The notes below the pieces were generated by a model. That model saw only the letters and a list, made by a program, of their open reading frames with translations, was not told the DNA's origin and did not search any database. From Deltaproteobacteria bacterium (GTDB lineage: Bacteria > Desulfobacterota > Desulfobulbia > Desulfobulbales > SURF-16): a DNA stretch of 64,000 nt. The translations under genes and the position numbers were made by a program. Where the stretch lies: NCBI GenBank assembly GCA_024277655.1, contig JAJRUT010000007.1:26209-90208 (forward strand), in the 5' to 3' direction. Positions 10,154-19,263 of this stretch are shown in pieces; position 1 is the first letter of the stretch, and every line of letters starts with the position of its first letter.

Positions 10154-10564
10154 CTACAACAACCCCTTCTCCCGCAACTCCTGAAATTGCCTCTTATCTA
10201 CCGTTTGAATATGATCAAGCAACCAGGTGGAAAGAAAGTCAAGTAAAGCCCCAAGAGACTCAAAGTCACTATCATTTGCAGTTGCCTGTAAGACATACTT
10301 GACAAACCCGGAGTGTAACTTACGATGTTCGGGAAAAATGGCTTCATCCCGACGCCATATTTTTTCCTCGGTGGAAAAATGATATTCCAAATAACTAGTC
10401 ATTTCTTCAAAGGCGTGGTTCACCACCGCCTTATATTCCACCCTATCTTCTGCCCTATAGACTGACAGTAGACTATTATACAGATCAAACAAAACCTTGT
10501 GTTGCTCATCAATCTCATCAAAACCAACAAGGTAACTATCATCCCAATTTATGATTTCTGCCAT
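10154..10564 (-). CDS. Bacteriohemerythrin (hemerythrin-like metal-binding protein)
   Basis: Start moved to the internal ATG (MAEIINWDDSYLVGFDEIDEQHKVLF...), which has an AGGGGA SD. His/Glu/Asp ligand pattern HF..EE...H..H...D; 136 aa. Confidence 0.88.
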   Translation of the reverse strand: MAEIINWDDSYLVGFDEIDEQHKVLFDLYNSLLSVYRAEDRVEYKAVVNHAFEEMTSYLEYHFSTEEKIWRRDEAIFPEHRKLHSGFVKYVLQATANDSDFESLGALLDFLSTWLLDHIQTVDKRQFQELREKGLL

Positions 10565-10807
10565 TTTATCCCCTATAAAAATAAATATAACCAGTGTTGT
10601 CTGGTTAGAAAATTGCGGGAGCATAAACGCTGAACAAATATATTATTTATCTACGCTTATGGCATAAAAATTCTTGACTTTCTAGGTTCTCTACAAAAGT
10701 TGAACCGAACACTACTGGAATATAACCCGCCTACGTTTTTATTTTACTCAGAAAAAACGACTGAGAGCAAAGAAAACTTCCACAGTCAAGGCATCTTAAA
10801 TATGGAA

Positions 10808-11908
10808 TTACAGTGGGAACTCACCACCGAAAAAACGAACCAGAAGAGGTTGGAGGACCTTACGAGAAAACGCCAAACCCCCTTGACTATACACACGCAC
10901 CTCCGTGGCACCACAAGTTCCCCCCGAACAACCCTCCAGTAGTGTTAAATCCAGGCCCTGACCTTGCAAAGCGGTAACGAGACGATCCAGAACCTGGGGA
11001 GACGAGCAGACAAACACAAGTTCCCGCTTAAACTTGCTGCCATCGGTGAACGCCGACATGATCACCAGGAGATCCAGTTTTTGGCTGGCCATATAATGCA
11101 TAAAACCGCCGTAACAATCAGAGTCATGCTTGAGCCAGGCTGCCATGGAAATAGCCACAGAGCTAATCCCGCAACACCTCCCACAGGCCTGGAATGATTT
11201 ATAATCCCTGCGGAGCAAATCATGGGTGGACAGATCCGACATCTTGTTTTTTTCGGTCAAAATATCTATGTAAAGTTCTGTTTTTGCTAATGGATATAGT
11301 GATTCCATTTGGGCAATAGCATTAGAATCACCAGATGTTACCCGCATGGCGATAGGATCAAGATTAACAGTATCAAGCAGAATAGCCCCACAAAGCATGG
11401 TAGCTACCTCCTGCCCCATATCGATACTGGCCTGCAAGAACTCATGGGCAACAAGGGAGGCAGTGGAACCAACCTTCATAATAATCCGCAGTAACACGTC
11501 AGGAAAAAGACCCTCATCGTAGTGATGATCCAAAACCCCAACCACCCGGTCATGATACGGGAAAAACTGCGCCCCCGGACAATTATGATCCACCAGAATC
11601 AAACTAGCTCCGCCGGCAAAAATCTCCGCCAGGTCAACTTCGTCGATAAAGACAAGATCATCAAGGTGTATCCCTGCCAACTCAAGAACGTAAACGACCT
11701 CAGATCTTAACCTTAAATCGGCCCTGGGGATCGGCAAAAGAGGCCAGACATTTAGCGTCTCCTGGTGCAAGTAACGCATATAGGCGTAGGCGATGGACGA
11801 AACAACAGAATCCAGGTCCGCCGCATCATTGCCGACAATAATAAGCTCAGCCTTTGTTATACTTGACCTTGTTGCTGTGAGATAGGTATGGAGAGAGGAC
11901 ATATCCAT
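10808..11908 (-). CDS. DHH-family phosphoesterase (exopolyphosphatase / family II pyrophosphatase-like, DHH+DHHA2)
   Basis: Motifs GNDAADLDSVVSSIAYAY, LVDHN and LDHHY. Its start overlaps the stop of the upstream gene by 1 nt (TAATG). Confidence 0.85.
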   Translation of the reverse strand: MDMSSLHTYLTATRSSITKAELIIVGNDAADLDSVVSSIAYAYMRYLHQETLNVWPLLPIPRADLRLRSEVVYVLELAGIHLDDLVFIDEVDLAEIFAGGASLILVDHNCPGAQFFPYHDRVVGVLDHHYDEGLFPDVLLRIIMKVGSTASLVAHEFLQASIDMGQEVATMLCGAILLDTVNLDPIAMRVTSGDSNAIAQMESLYPLAKTELYIDILTEKNKMSDLSTHDLLRRDYKSFQACGRCCGISSVAISMAAWLKHDSDCYGGFMHYMASQKLDLLVIMSAFTDGSKFKRELVFVCSSPQVLDRLVTALQGQGLDLTLLEGCSGGTCGATEVRVYSQGGLAFSRKVLQPLLVRFFGGEFPL

Positions 11909-13272
11909 TAAAAATAGACCGGTTTTACCTCCACCGGTTTATTGCCACGCGTACCATTTACAATGGCCATAGCAACGGCGTGGGCTGATTTTATCGCATC
12001 ATTTACCCCGATACCATCCCAGCCAAAACCACATATATGCAAACCTGCCTGCTTCTGTTGCAGGGTCTCGCGCCACCGGAGTAAACGCAGATGATCCTCC
12101 TCAAGCTGCGGGATCCCACCACTTGGGCGCATCACTTTAGAAAATACCGGTTCACCGGGGAGATCGAGAAGCTCCGCCAAGTCAGCAGTAGCCCTAGCAA
12201 TCAACTCCCCATCGCAAAGTTGCACCCGCTCTGGATGTCTGCGCCCACCCACCAAGACCTCCAAAAGAACGTGACCCACAGGCGCCCGCCCCGGAAACAT
12301 TTTGGTGGTAAACATACACCCCAAAATAAAGCGTCCCTCACACTCAGGCACTAGGAACCCGAAGGCCTTAGGCACAAAGCCCTCCCCCTTAAAACCAAGG
12401 ACAATATTGCAAATAGTTGCCTCCGGCACACGACTCACCGGTGGCTTAAATGGTGCTAGTAATTTCAAACCACCATTCATGGGCAGTCCACTGACCAAAT
12501 GCGAGCAGGTAAACGACGACTCGGCGCAGACCACCTCAAAACCTTCAGGAGTCGGAGTAAAAGACTGGACAGCAGAGCCATAACGCACATCCATCCCTTC
12601 AGCCAAGCGATTTACGAGAGTCACCATGCCATCTGGAAAATTAATCATGGCTGGTACCCCCCCTCCCCCGCAAGCCTTCTCTTTCTTCCTGGCCTTCAGC
12701 CCTCGAAGCAGGGAGCCATACTCTTTTTCAAGCTCGCGTACTCCAGGCATCACGGCGTCCATGGAAAGCTTTGTAAAGTCTCCCGAAAAGGTGCCGGTAA
12801 CCGCAGCATCGACAAGGGGCAGCACCCCTTGTCCAAAACGCGCCTCCGCCCACTGGCTTACCGTGGACTGGCCAGAGACAGGTTTAATAAAAGGCTCCGC
12901 CAGAAGCCGTATTTTCGCAAAAACACCAAGAATAGGAGAACGTATCAGCTCCGCAGGCTTTTGCGGTAAAGCCAAAAGTCTACCATCCTTACAAAGATAG
13001 CGTTTAAAGTCAGCAAGGGGGGCTTTTTGCAGTATTGAATCAAGATGGAGATCCGCCAACATCTCCTGACTTTCAGGCTTATTATCAAGAAACCCGTGGG
13101 GCCCGGCCTCAGCAAGAAAACCGTCCTCCGCCAAAGAATCAATCACCCCACCCACGCGCTCCGTCTTTTCCAACAGACAGATACTAAGAGAGGGATGCCG
13201 TTTTTTAAGAAAATGCGCACAGGCCAGACCGGAGAGACCGGCCCCAACAATAATCACATCCGAGTGAGTCAT
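11908..13272 (-). CDS. hemY: Protoporphyrinogen/coproporphyrinogen oxidase family FAD oxidoreductase (HemY-like)
   Basis: N-terminal dinucleotide fold VIIVGAGLSGLACA...LLEKTERVGG. The overall architecture is collinear with remembered B. subtilis HemY, including the C-terminal GGIPQ...GWDGIGVNDAI. Confidence 0.75.
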   Translation of the reverse strand: MTHSDVIIVGAGLSGLACAHFLKKRHPSLSICLLEKTERVGGVIDSLAEDGFLAEAGPHGFLDNKPESQEMLADLHLDSILQKAPLADFKRYLCKDGRLLALPQKPAELIRSPILGVFAKIRLLAEPFIKPVSGQSTVSQWAEARFGQGVLPLVDAAVTGTFSGDFTKLSMDAVMPGVRELEKEYGSLLRGLKARKKEKACGGGGVPAMINFPDGMVTLVNRLAEGMDVRYGSAVQSFTPTPEGFEVVCAESSFTCSHLVSGLPMNGGLKLLAPFKPPVSRVPEATICNIVLGFKGEGFVPKAFGFLVPECEGRFILGCMFTTKMFPGRAPVGHVLLEVLVGGRRHPERVQLCDGELIARATADLAELLDLPGEPVFSKVMRPSGGIPQLEEDHLRLLRWRETLQQKQAGLHICGFGWDGIGVNDAIKSAHAVAMAIVNGTRGNKPVEVKPVYF

Positions 13273-13476
13273 AATGGTTTTGCTGGAAAAATTTTAAACA
13301 ACGAATCTAAAAGGAGCTTCTTGAACAAAAAAAGCACCTTACACTAGAATAGAAGAAGTTTCGAGGCCAAGACGATAAAGACTCGTCGCTTTCAGGTTAT
13401 TACCAAAACCATCGAGTGATGATTTTAAACTACAGGCGCAGAGGATTCAGATTTTTTTAAGAAACTTTAACATCAA

Positions 13477-14322
13477 TTAAAGATTCAGCAGTTCTTGGGC
13501 TTTTTCCATTTCAGCAAACAAATCCACCATATACATCTTAATTTTCTCACTATCAAGACCAAAACGGGCCAAACCATTCTCATCAATCACCGTGGCAAGA
13601 CCATTCGCCCCAACTCCAATGCCCATTGACAGGACGATGGCATTAGCCAGAGCTACAAGCGCCGTTAAATCATCCCGACCGAGAGCATCCGGTTCATGAT
13701 GATTCTCAACGGCATCTTTCATCTCTTCCGGAAATCCCCATTTCTGCAGGATAATCCCCCCAAGTTTTGCATGATCAATACCCACAACTTCGTGTTCAGC
13801 CGCCTCAAAGGTAAGCTGTTCATGCTGGACAAGGTTCACAATCCGCGCAAAATCATCGGCAATAAAAGTCGAGAGAAACCGTTTGCCAATATCATGTAAT
13901 AGGGCCGCAGTAAAAACAGAAGATCCATCAATCCCGGGAACTGTCGACACCAGAAGCTTGGCCATGATCCCGCAGGCCACAGAGTGTTTCCATAACTCCC
14001 CCTCGCCAAGATCATACCCCCCACCAACCTTGCCCTTGAAAAACTTGGCAGAAGAACTGGTGATAATAATATCCTTCAACACATCCTGACCAATCACCAC
14101 AAGCCCCTCATCTAGGGAGGAAACCTTCCGGGGCAAACCAAAATAAGCGGCATTACATATTTTTAAAACATTGGCCGTGATAGCCGCATCAAACTGAATA
14201 ACCTCAGCAAGCTGAGTTGCTGTGGTATTCGGATCAGCCAGAAGGTCCATCACCCGCTGCGCGACCTTGGGAAAAGGCGGAATATGCTCAATAAGGAGTA
14301 ATACCTCTTCAAGTCGACTCAT
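13477..14322 (-). CDS. HDOD domain signalling protein
   Basis: LPPFPKVAQRVMDLLADPNTTATQLAEVIQFDAAITANVLKICNAAYFG...LLHDIGK. A 4-nt ATGA overlap with cheD implies the same operon. Confidence 0.88.
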   Translation of the reverse strand: MSRLEEVLLLIEHIPPFPKVAQRVMDLLADPNTTATQLAEVIQFDAAITANVLKICNAAYFGLPRKVSSLDEGLVVIGQDVLKDIIITSSSAKFFKGKVGGGYDLGEGELWKHSVACGIMAKLLVSTVPGIDGSSVFTAALLHDIGKRFLSTFIADDFARIVNLVQHEQLTFEAAEHEVVGIDHAKLGGIILQKWGFPEEMKDAVENHHEPDALGRDDLTALVALANAIVLSMGIGVGANGLATVIDENGLARFGLDSEKIKMYMVDLFAEMEKAQELLNL

Positions 14323-14819
14323 ATTTCAACCTCTCCAGTTCCTGACACCTTTAGGATAACCTGACCTGTAGCCACATCAACACTGAGCGTCCGATTCACC
14401 GAACCACCAACATCGACCTTCACCGGAGTGATCCCATTTTTCGTAAAAAGAAGTTTGGCAATTTCGTAGTTCCGCAGGCCAATATTAAAAATGCCGGCCG
14501 AATCCATCAGTTGGGAACCACCGACCATACGCACCGTCATATTTTGCTTTGATGCCCCAAGGCTGTAGGCCTTTTTAAAGAGCATTGGAATACCACTATC
14601 ACCAAACATATAGGGGTTAGTCCTGGCCCGTTCCTTATCAATCCTTGAATCGGGTAACATATAATGGAGCATCCCGCCCACCTTAGCCACATGATCCCAT
14701 ATTGCAATACCAATGCAGGAACCGAGAGAAAAAGTAATAAGGTGTTCCTTGGGATCCTTGCTGACCTTCATGTCAGAAATCCCCACCACCTGTCTTTTTT
14801 CACCTTTAAATATCGCCAT
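14319..14819 (-). CDS. cheD: Chemoreceptor glutamine deamidase CheD
   Basis: 166 aa; LITFSLGSCIGIAIWD...GGMLHYMLPDS is typical of CheD. Confidence 0.92.
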   Translation of the reverse strand: MAIFKGEKRQVVGISDMKVSKDPKEHLITFSLGSCIGIAIWDHVAKVGGMLHYMLPDSRIDKERARTNPYMFGDSGIPMLFKKAYSLGASKQNMTVRMVGGSQLMDSAGIFNIGLRNYEIAKLLFTKNGITPVKVDVGGSVNRTLSVDVATGQVILKVSGTGEVEI

Positions 14820-14821
14820 AG

Positions 14822-15646
14822 TTATTTCTTGTACGCCGTGGTACTCACCTGCTTGAATGAATGGTCAATGGAAGTCAGACTTTCAGAGTGACCAATAAAT
14901 AAATAACCACCAGGCTTCAAACAACGACTAAACTTATTCACCAGTTCCTGTTGGGTCTCACGATTAAAATAGATCATGACGTTCCGGCAAAAGATAATAT
15001 CGAACTCCTCTTGCCAGGGGAAATCACCCATGAGATTGAAGCGTTTAAACGATATGGACTCACGCAACCCCCGCTTCACCCTGACAAAACCTGCACTCTT
15101 GCCCTTGCCCTTCTGGAAATACTGTTTCAGAATCTCTTTTGGCATTGACCGGACACGCTCATCGGCATACACCCCAGCCTTGGCAATGGCCAACACCTTG
15201 GTGGAAATATCTGTTGCCTGAATGACAAAGGAAAAAGAACGTTTTTTCTGTTTATAATTATTTAAAACAATAGCCAAGGTGTATGGTTCTTCGCCTGAGG
15301 AGCATGCTGCCGACCACACCTTCAGTCCTGAGGCACCCGACGCCGAAAATCCAGGGAGTACCGTGGAGGTCAAATACTCAAAATGGGAATTTTCCCGAAA
15401 GAAACTGGTGAAGTTAGTGGATACCGAATTGATAAGATTGATCAGTTCCTCACCACTTGTATCGTCCCGCACGTAGTCATAATAGGCTTCGAAGGAAGCA
15501 ATATTGCATTGCCTAAGTCGTTTTCCTAAACGGGCATTCAAAAGTTCCTTTTTCTCAGGCTTTAAAAAAATACCAGTATTATCAAACACTAAACTACTGA
15601 ATTTCTTAAAAAGACTATCCGTTAAGGGGGCATAACTAAGTACCAT
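14822..15646 (-). CDS. cheR: Chemotaxis protein methyltransferase CheR
   Basis: 274 aa. SAM-binding region LKVWSAACSSGEEPYTLA and RNVMIYF. Confidence 0.93.
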   Translation of the reverse strand: MVLSYAPLTDSLFKKFSSLVFDNTGIFLKPEKKELLNARLGKRLRQCNIASFEAYYDYVRDDTSGEELINLINSVSTNFTSFFRENSHFEYLTSTVLPGFSASGASGLKVWSAACSSGEEPYTLAIVLNNYKQKKRSFSFVIQATDISTKVLAIAKAGVYADERVRSMPKEILKQYFQKGKGKSAGFVRVKRGLRESISFKRFNLMGDFPWQEEFDIIFCRNVMIYFNRETQQELVNKFSRCLKPGGYLFIGHSESLTSIDHSFKQVSTTAYKK

Positions 15647-15654
15647 TGTCGAAC

Positions 15655-16167
15655 CTACATCTCAGCCAATTGATCAAGAAGTCCCTTGCCAACAACCTGA
15701 TTCACGTCAAGGAGGATCTTTACCTCGCCCTTAACCTTGCCCATGCCAAGGATGCAGTCTGTATCCATTTGAGTTGAGCCAAAGGATGGTGACTCCTCAA
15801 GTTCCTCTTCAAGAATATTGAGCACCTCAGAAACCGAATCAACCAGCATCCCCACCTGGATGGTAGAGGTAGCACCATTGACCTCAACCACAATAATACA
15901 GGTACGATCATTATACTCCTGCGCGACCATGCCAAATTTTGTACGTAGCTCCAGCACAGGAATAACTCGGCCACGGAGGTTAATGACCCCCTTCACAAAA
16001 TCAGGCGTTTGCGGTACAGCGGTAATCTCCATAAGACCAATAATTTCCCGCACCTTTAGGATACTAATGCCGTACTCCTCATTTGCCAGAGCGAAGGTCA
16101 GGTATTTCCCCGCAAGTCCCTTAATCCCACCACCCGCCTCTTCCTCAACAGTCGCTTCATCACTCAT
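15655..16167 (-). CDS. cheW: Chemotaxis coupling protein CheW
   Basis: The track start is a TTG. I prefer the ATG at 16167 (MSDEATV...), which has a GGAGGA SD 8 nt upstream. CheW-like domain YLTFALANEEYGISILKVREI...INLRGRVIPV. Confidence 0.92.
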   Translation of the reverse strand: MSDEATVEEEAGGGIKGLAGKYLTFALANEEYGISILKVREIIGLMEITAVPQTPDFVKGVINLRGRVIPVLELRTKFGMVAQEYNDRTCIIVVEVNGATSTIQVGMLVDSVSEVLNILEEELEESPSFGSTQMDTDCILGMGKVKGEVKILLDVNQVVGKGLLDQLAEM

Positions 16168-16266
16168 TTTAATATCCTCCAAACTCTTTAATTACAGCCT
16201 TTCAAATTGAGGGCGTATATGTTTATTATTAAGACTTTTCCCGAAAAAAACCTCTTGTTGCAGATC

Positions 16267-19011
16267 CTACAAATGTTCGCCAGCAACAAGCGGAGAACCG
16301 ATGTCGTCACTTGCAGAGATAAGCCCGGCCAGATCAAGGATCAGCCCGACACGGCCATCACTCAAGATAGTTCCCCCGGCAACACCGTTAATATCCTTTA
16401 AATACCCACCCAAGCTCTTGATCACAACCTCCTGCTTACCCAACAACTCATCAACAAGCAAGGCCCGTTGCCGCCCTTCGTTCTCGATAACAACAACAAT
16501 ACCATCCGTGATTTTTTCAATACCACCCTCAACATCAAACACGTGGTACAAGCGGATAACAGGGATCAGCGAATCCCGAACCATAAGGGTTTCCCCCTGT
16601 CCTTGCACCGTTTTATAATGCTCTTTACGGGGTCGCATGGATTCCTGAATAGCAGTGGTGGGAATAATATACCGTTCCTGCCCCACCCTAACAATAATGC
16701 CATCAATAATGGCAAGGGTCAGGGGCAAACGCATAAGAAACTGCGTTCCCTCTCCCGGGGTTGAGATAAGTTCAACCTTACCCCGCAGTTTTTCAACCCC
16801 TTTTTTCACCACATCCATACCAACCCCCCGACCGGAGACATCGGTGATCTTGTCGGCGGTGGAAAATCCAGGCAGAAAAATCATATTATTTACTTCATGG
16901 TCAGAAGGGTGATCCCCCTCAGCAATAAGTCCCCGCTCCTTGGCTTTGGATCGTATCTTTGCCGTATTAAGGCCTTGCCCGTCATCATGAATCTCAATGA
17001 TGATATTCCCCCCCTTGTGGTAAGCGGCAAGCTTCACTGTTCCTTTACCAGGCTTGCCCAGGGCCTCACGTTCCTCAGAAACCTGGACACCATGATCAAC
17101 CGAATTGCGCATCATATGAACCAAAGGATCGTAAATGGAGTCAACCATATTGCGGTCAATTTCAGTCTCCTCGCCTTCCATAACCAGATCAACAATTTTG
17201 CCTGATTTTTTGGACAGATCCCGTACCAGACGGGTCATCTTCTGAAAGGTTTGGCGGATGGGAACCATACGCATGGACATTGCCGTTTTTTGTAATTCGG
17301 AGGTAATGCGACTTAGTTGCGTGAAATCCTTATTCAACTTGGGATCAGACACCGAGGTCACCAGAGGATTCTGCCGCACCATGGCCTGCATAATCACAAG
17401 CTCACCCACCGCATTAACCAACCCATCCAATTTCTCCACATCCACCTTGATAGATGCCCCAATTTTAGATTTTTTCCGTGGTGCCGTGGCGGCGGGGGCC
17501 GGGGCCGGGGTCTTTGCAACCTGGGCGCTTGGCTTTGCTACTGTGGGAGCCACTTTAGCAGGTTCAGGGGCTTGCTCTGCATCAGGGAGGGAGTCTGTTT
17601 TTTCTTCTTTTTCGGCAGGAACGGGATCACTTGCCCCAGGCGCATCTTTTCCGGGCAACTCCACATCCGCAAGTGATTGTCCAGACTGAACCGCAACAAC
17701 CTTGGCCACCCAGTCAGAAATATCAAAAAACTGATAGGCCTCGGGCCCCTGCTCAAGCATATCCGAGATATTCTGCACCATACTCCGCAAGAAGTCACCG
17801 ACGCCAAGGACGATATCAATAATATCAGCATTCATGGCAATTTTATTATTGCGCACATCATCAAGCAAATTTTCAGTGGTATGGGCAAGCTTATTAATAT
17901 GAGTCAGATTGAGAAAACCTGAGACACCCTTTACCGTGTGGAAGGGCCTAAAAATATTATTGATAATATCAACATCATCAGGGGCCTGTTCCAGTTCAAG
18001 CACATTTACCTCAATGGCCTCCAGATGCTCAAAGGCCTCCGACACAAAACCTGCGACAAGATCGGCATCCTGAAGAAAGTCAGGGATATCACCATCCTGG
18101 CCAAGGTCAAGCTTAGCAGGCGACTCTCCCTGCCCAGAACCACTTTCTGCCTCTGCAGAGGTAGAAAGTGGTTCACCCAGAACCTCGTCCTCCCCCGCCG
18201 CCTCGCCGCTGTCACCAGCCAAAACTTTATTGACCCGCTCGATCAGGTCGTCAACCTCTATCTTTTGGTACTCGCTGACGCCATTTTCAAAAACGTTCTT
18301 AACCACAGCCACCATCTTGCCGATACGATCCCCAACAGCAAGGGCAACATCAATTGCTTCGCCATCCATTGCATGGCGACCATTGCGAACCTCATCCAGT
18401 AAATTTTCGGTGGAATGGGCAAGACGGGCGATATCGTCAAGATCCGTACAACCGGCAATCCCTTTGATGGTATGAAAAGATCTGAAGATAGAGTTGATTG
18501 TCTCGGCATCGGTTGGATTACTCTCAAGTTCAAGCACACTGTCTTCAATGGCAGTTAGATACTCTGTGGACTCTTCAATAAAGGCCATAAGCATCTCAGT
18601 ATCAGCAAGAAAACGGGTATCAACCTCTGCATCGCTCCCCGGCTCAGAACTTATCCCGAACACAGCAGGGTCTATTTCATAGCCAGTGGCCTGTAGATAT
18701 TCGCAAAACACGCCCATATTTGCATCGTCACCCCGCTCGACCTCCTGCAAAACAGTGATACTGTTGATAAGACCATCAAAACATTCCTGCGAGTCCGAAT
18801 ATTCCCCCATGATCATGCCTTCAAACACCTTCTTCAAGGCATCAACCATGGAAACCATCATCGGCTGTTCAGCCATATCAGCATGGCCGAGCAGGGAATC
18901 AAAGATCTCCAACAACTCCCCAATAGCCGAGAGGTCGCCGGGCTCTACATTCATAATTTTTACCGCTAAATCATCCAACAGTTGTTCTATTGCCTTTTGC
19001 GCGTCCGCCAT
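16267..19011 (-). CDS. cheA: Chemotaxis histidine kinase CheA with two HPt domains and an extra N-terminal region
   Basis: 914 aa. Two HPt His motifs (FRSFHTIKGIAG and FRPFHTVKGVSG), a Pro/Ala-rich linker, an HATPase_c domain (DHG..., GRGVGMD) and a C-terminal CheW-like domain. Confidence 0.95.
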   Translation of the reverse strand: MADAQKAIEQLLDDLAVKIMNVEPGDLSAIGELLEIFDSLLGHADMAEQPMMVSMVDALKKVFEGMIMGEYSDSQECFDGLINSITVLQEVERGDDANMGVFCEYLQATGYEIDPAVFGISSEPGSDAEVDTRFLADTEMLMAFIEESTEYLTAIEDSVLELESNPTDAETINSIFRSFHTIKGIAGCTDLDDIARLAHSTENLLDEVRNGRHAMDGEAIDVALAVGDRIGKMVAVVKNVFENGVSEYQKIEVDDLIERVNKVLAGDSGEAAGEDEVLGEPLSTSAEAESGSGQGESPAKLDLGQDGDIPDFLQDADLVAGFVSEAFEHLEAIEVNVLELEQAPDDVDIINNIFRPFHTVKGVSGFLNLTHINKLAHTTENLLDDVRNNKIAMNADIIDIVLGVGDFLRSMVQNISDMLEQGPEAYQFFDISDWVAKVVAVQSGQSLADVELPGKDAPGASDPVPAEKEEKTDSLPDAEQAPEPAKVAPTVAKPSAQVAKTPAPAPAATAPRKKSKIGASIKVDVEKLDGLVNAVGELVIMQAMVRQNPLVTSVSDPKLNKDFTQLSRITSELQKTAMSMRMVPIRQTFQKMTRLVRDLSKKSGKIVDLVMEGEETEIDRNMVDSIYDPLVHMMRNSVDHGVQVSEEREALGKPGKGTVKLAAYHKGGNIIIEIHDDGQGLNTAKIRSKAKERGLIAEGDHPSDHEVNNMIFLPGFSTADKITDVSGRGVGMDVVKKGVEKLRGKVELISTPGEGTQFLMRLPLTLAIIDGIIVRVGQERYIIPTTAIQESMRPRKEHYKTVQGQGETLMVRDSLIPVIRLYHVFDVEGGIEKITDGIVVVIENEGRQRALLVDELLGKQEVVIKSLGGYLKDINGVAGGTILSDGRVGLILDLAGLISASDDIGSPLVAGEHL

Positions 19012-19177
19012 ATATTTCCCTCAACAAATCAAACACTTCACTGAAAACAGCATGACTCGATGTTAAAACTTTTCTGGTTCTGTATTGTATTATCTATATA
19101 GTCTGCTCAGATCACCTCCTGTTTTGCAAGTTTTTTGTCTCTGAAACAGAGCAAAATTAAAAACATATTTATTTCAA

Positions 19178-19223
19178 AAAAAACAAAAAAAACAGCGCCT
19201 TGATTGGATCAAGGCGCTGTTTT
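19178..19223. terminator. Rho-independent terminator between the lipoprotein gene and cheA
   Basis: Stem CAGCGCCTTGA / TCAAGGCGCTG (19193-19219), preceded by an A-rich run (T-run on the minus strand) and followed by TTTT. Confidence 0.7.
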
Positions 19224-19263
19224 GCAAGCAGCACATATGGATATGACCTAAAAGGGCCAGCCG

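Noticed and set aside
16301-19066. Many plus-strand ORFs of 60-154 aa across the cheA region
   Set aside because: They are antisense shadows of the 914-aa CheA gene. Their translations are low-complexity, and none has a convincing start context.
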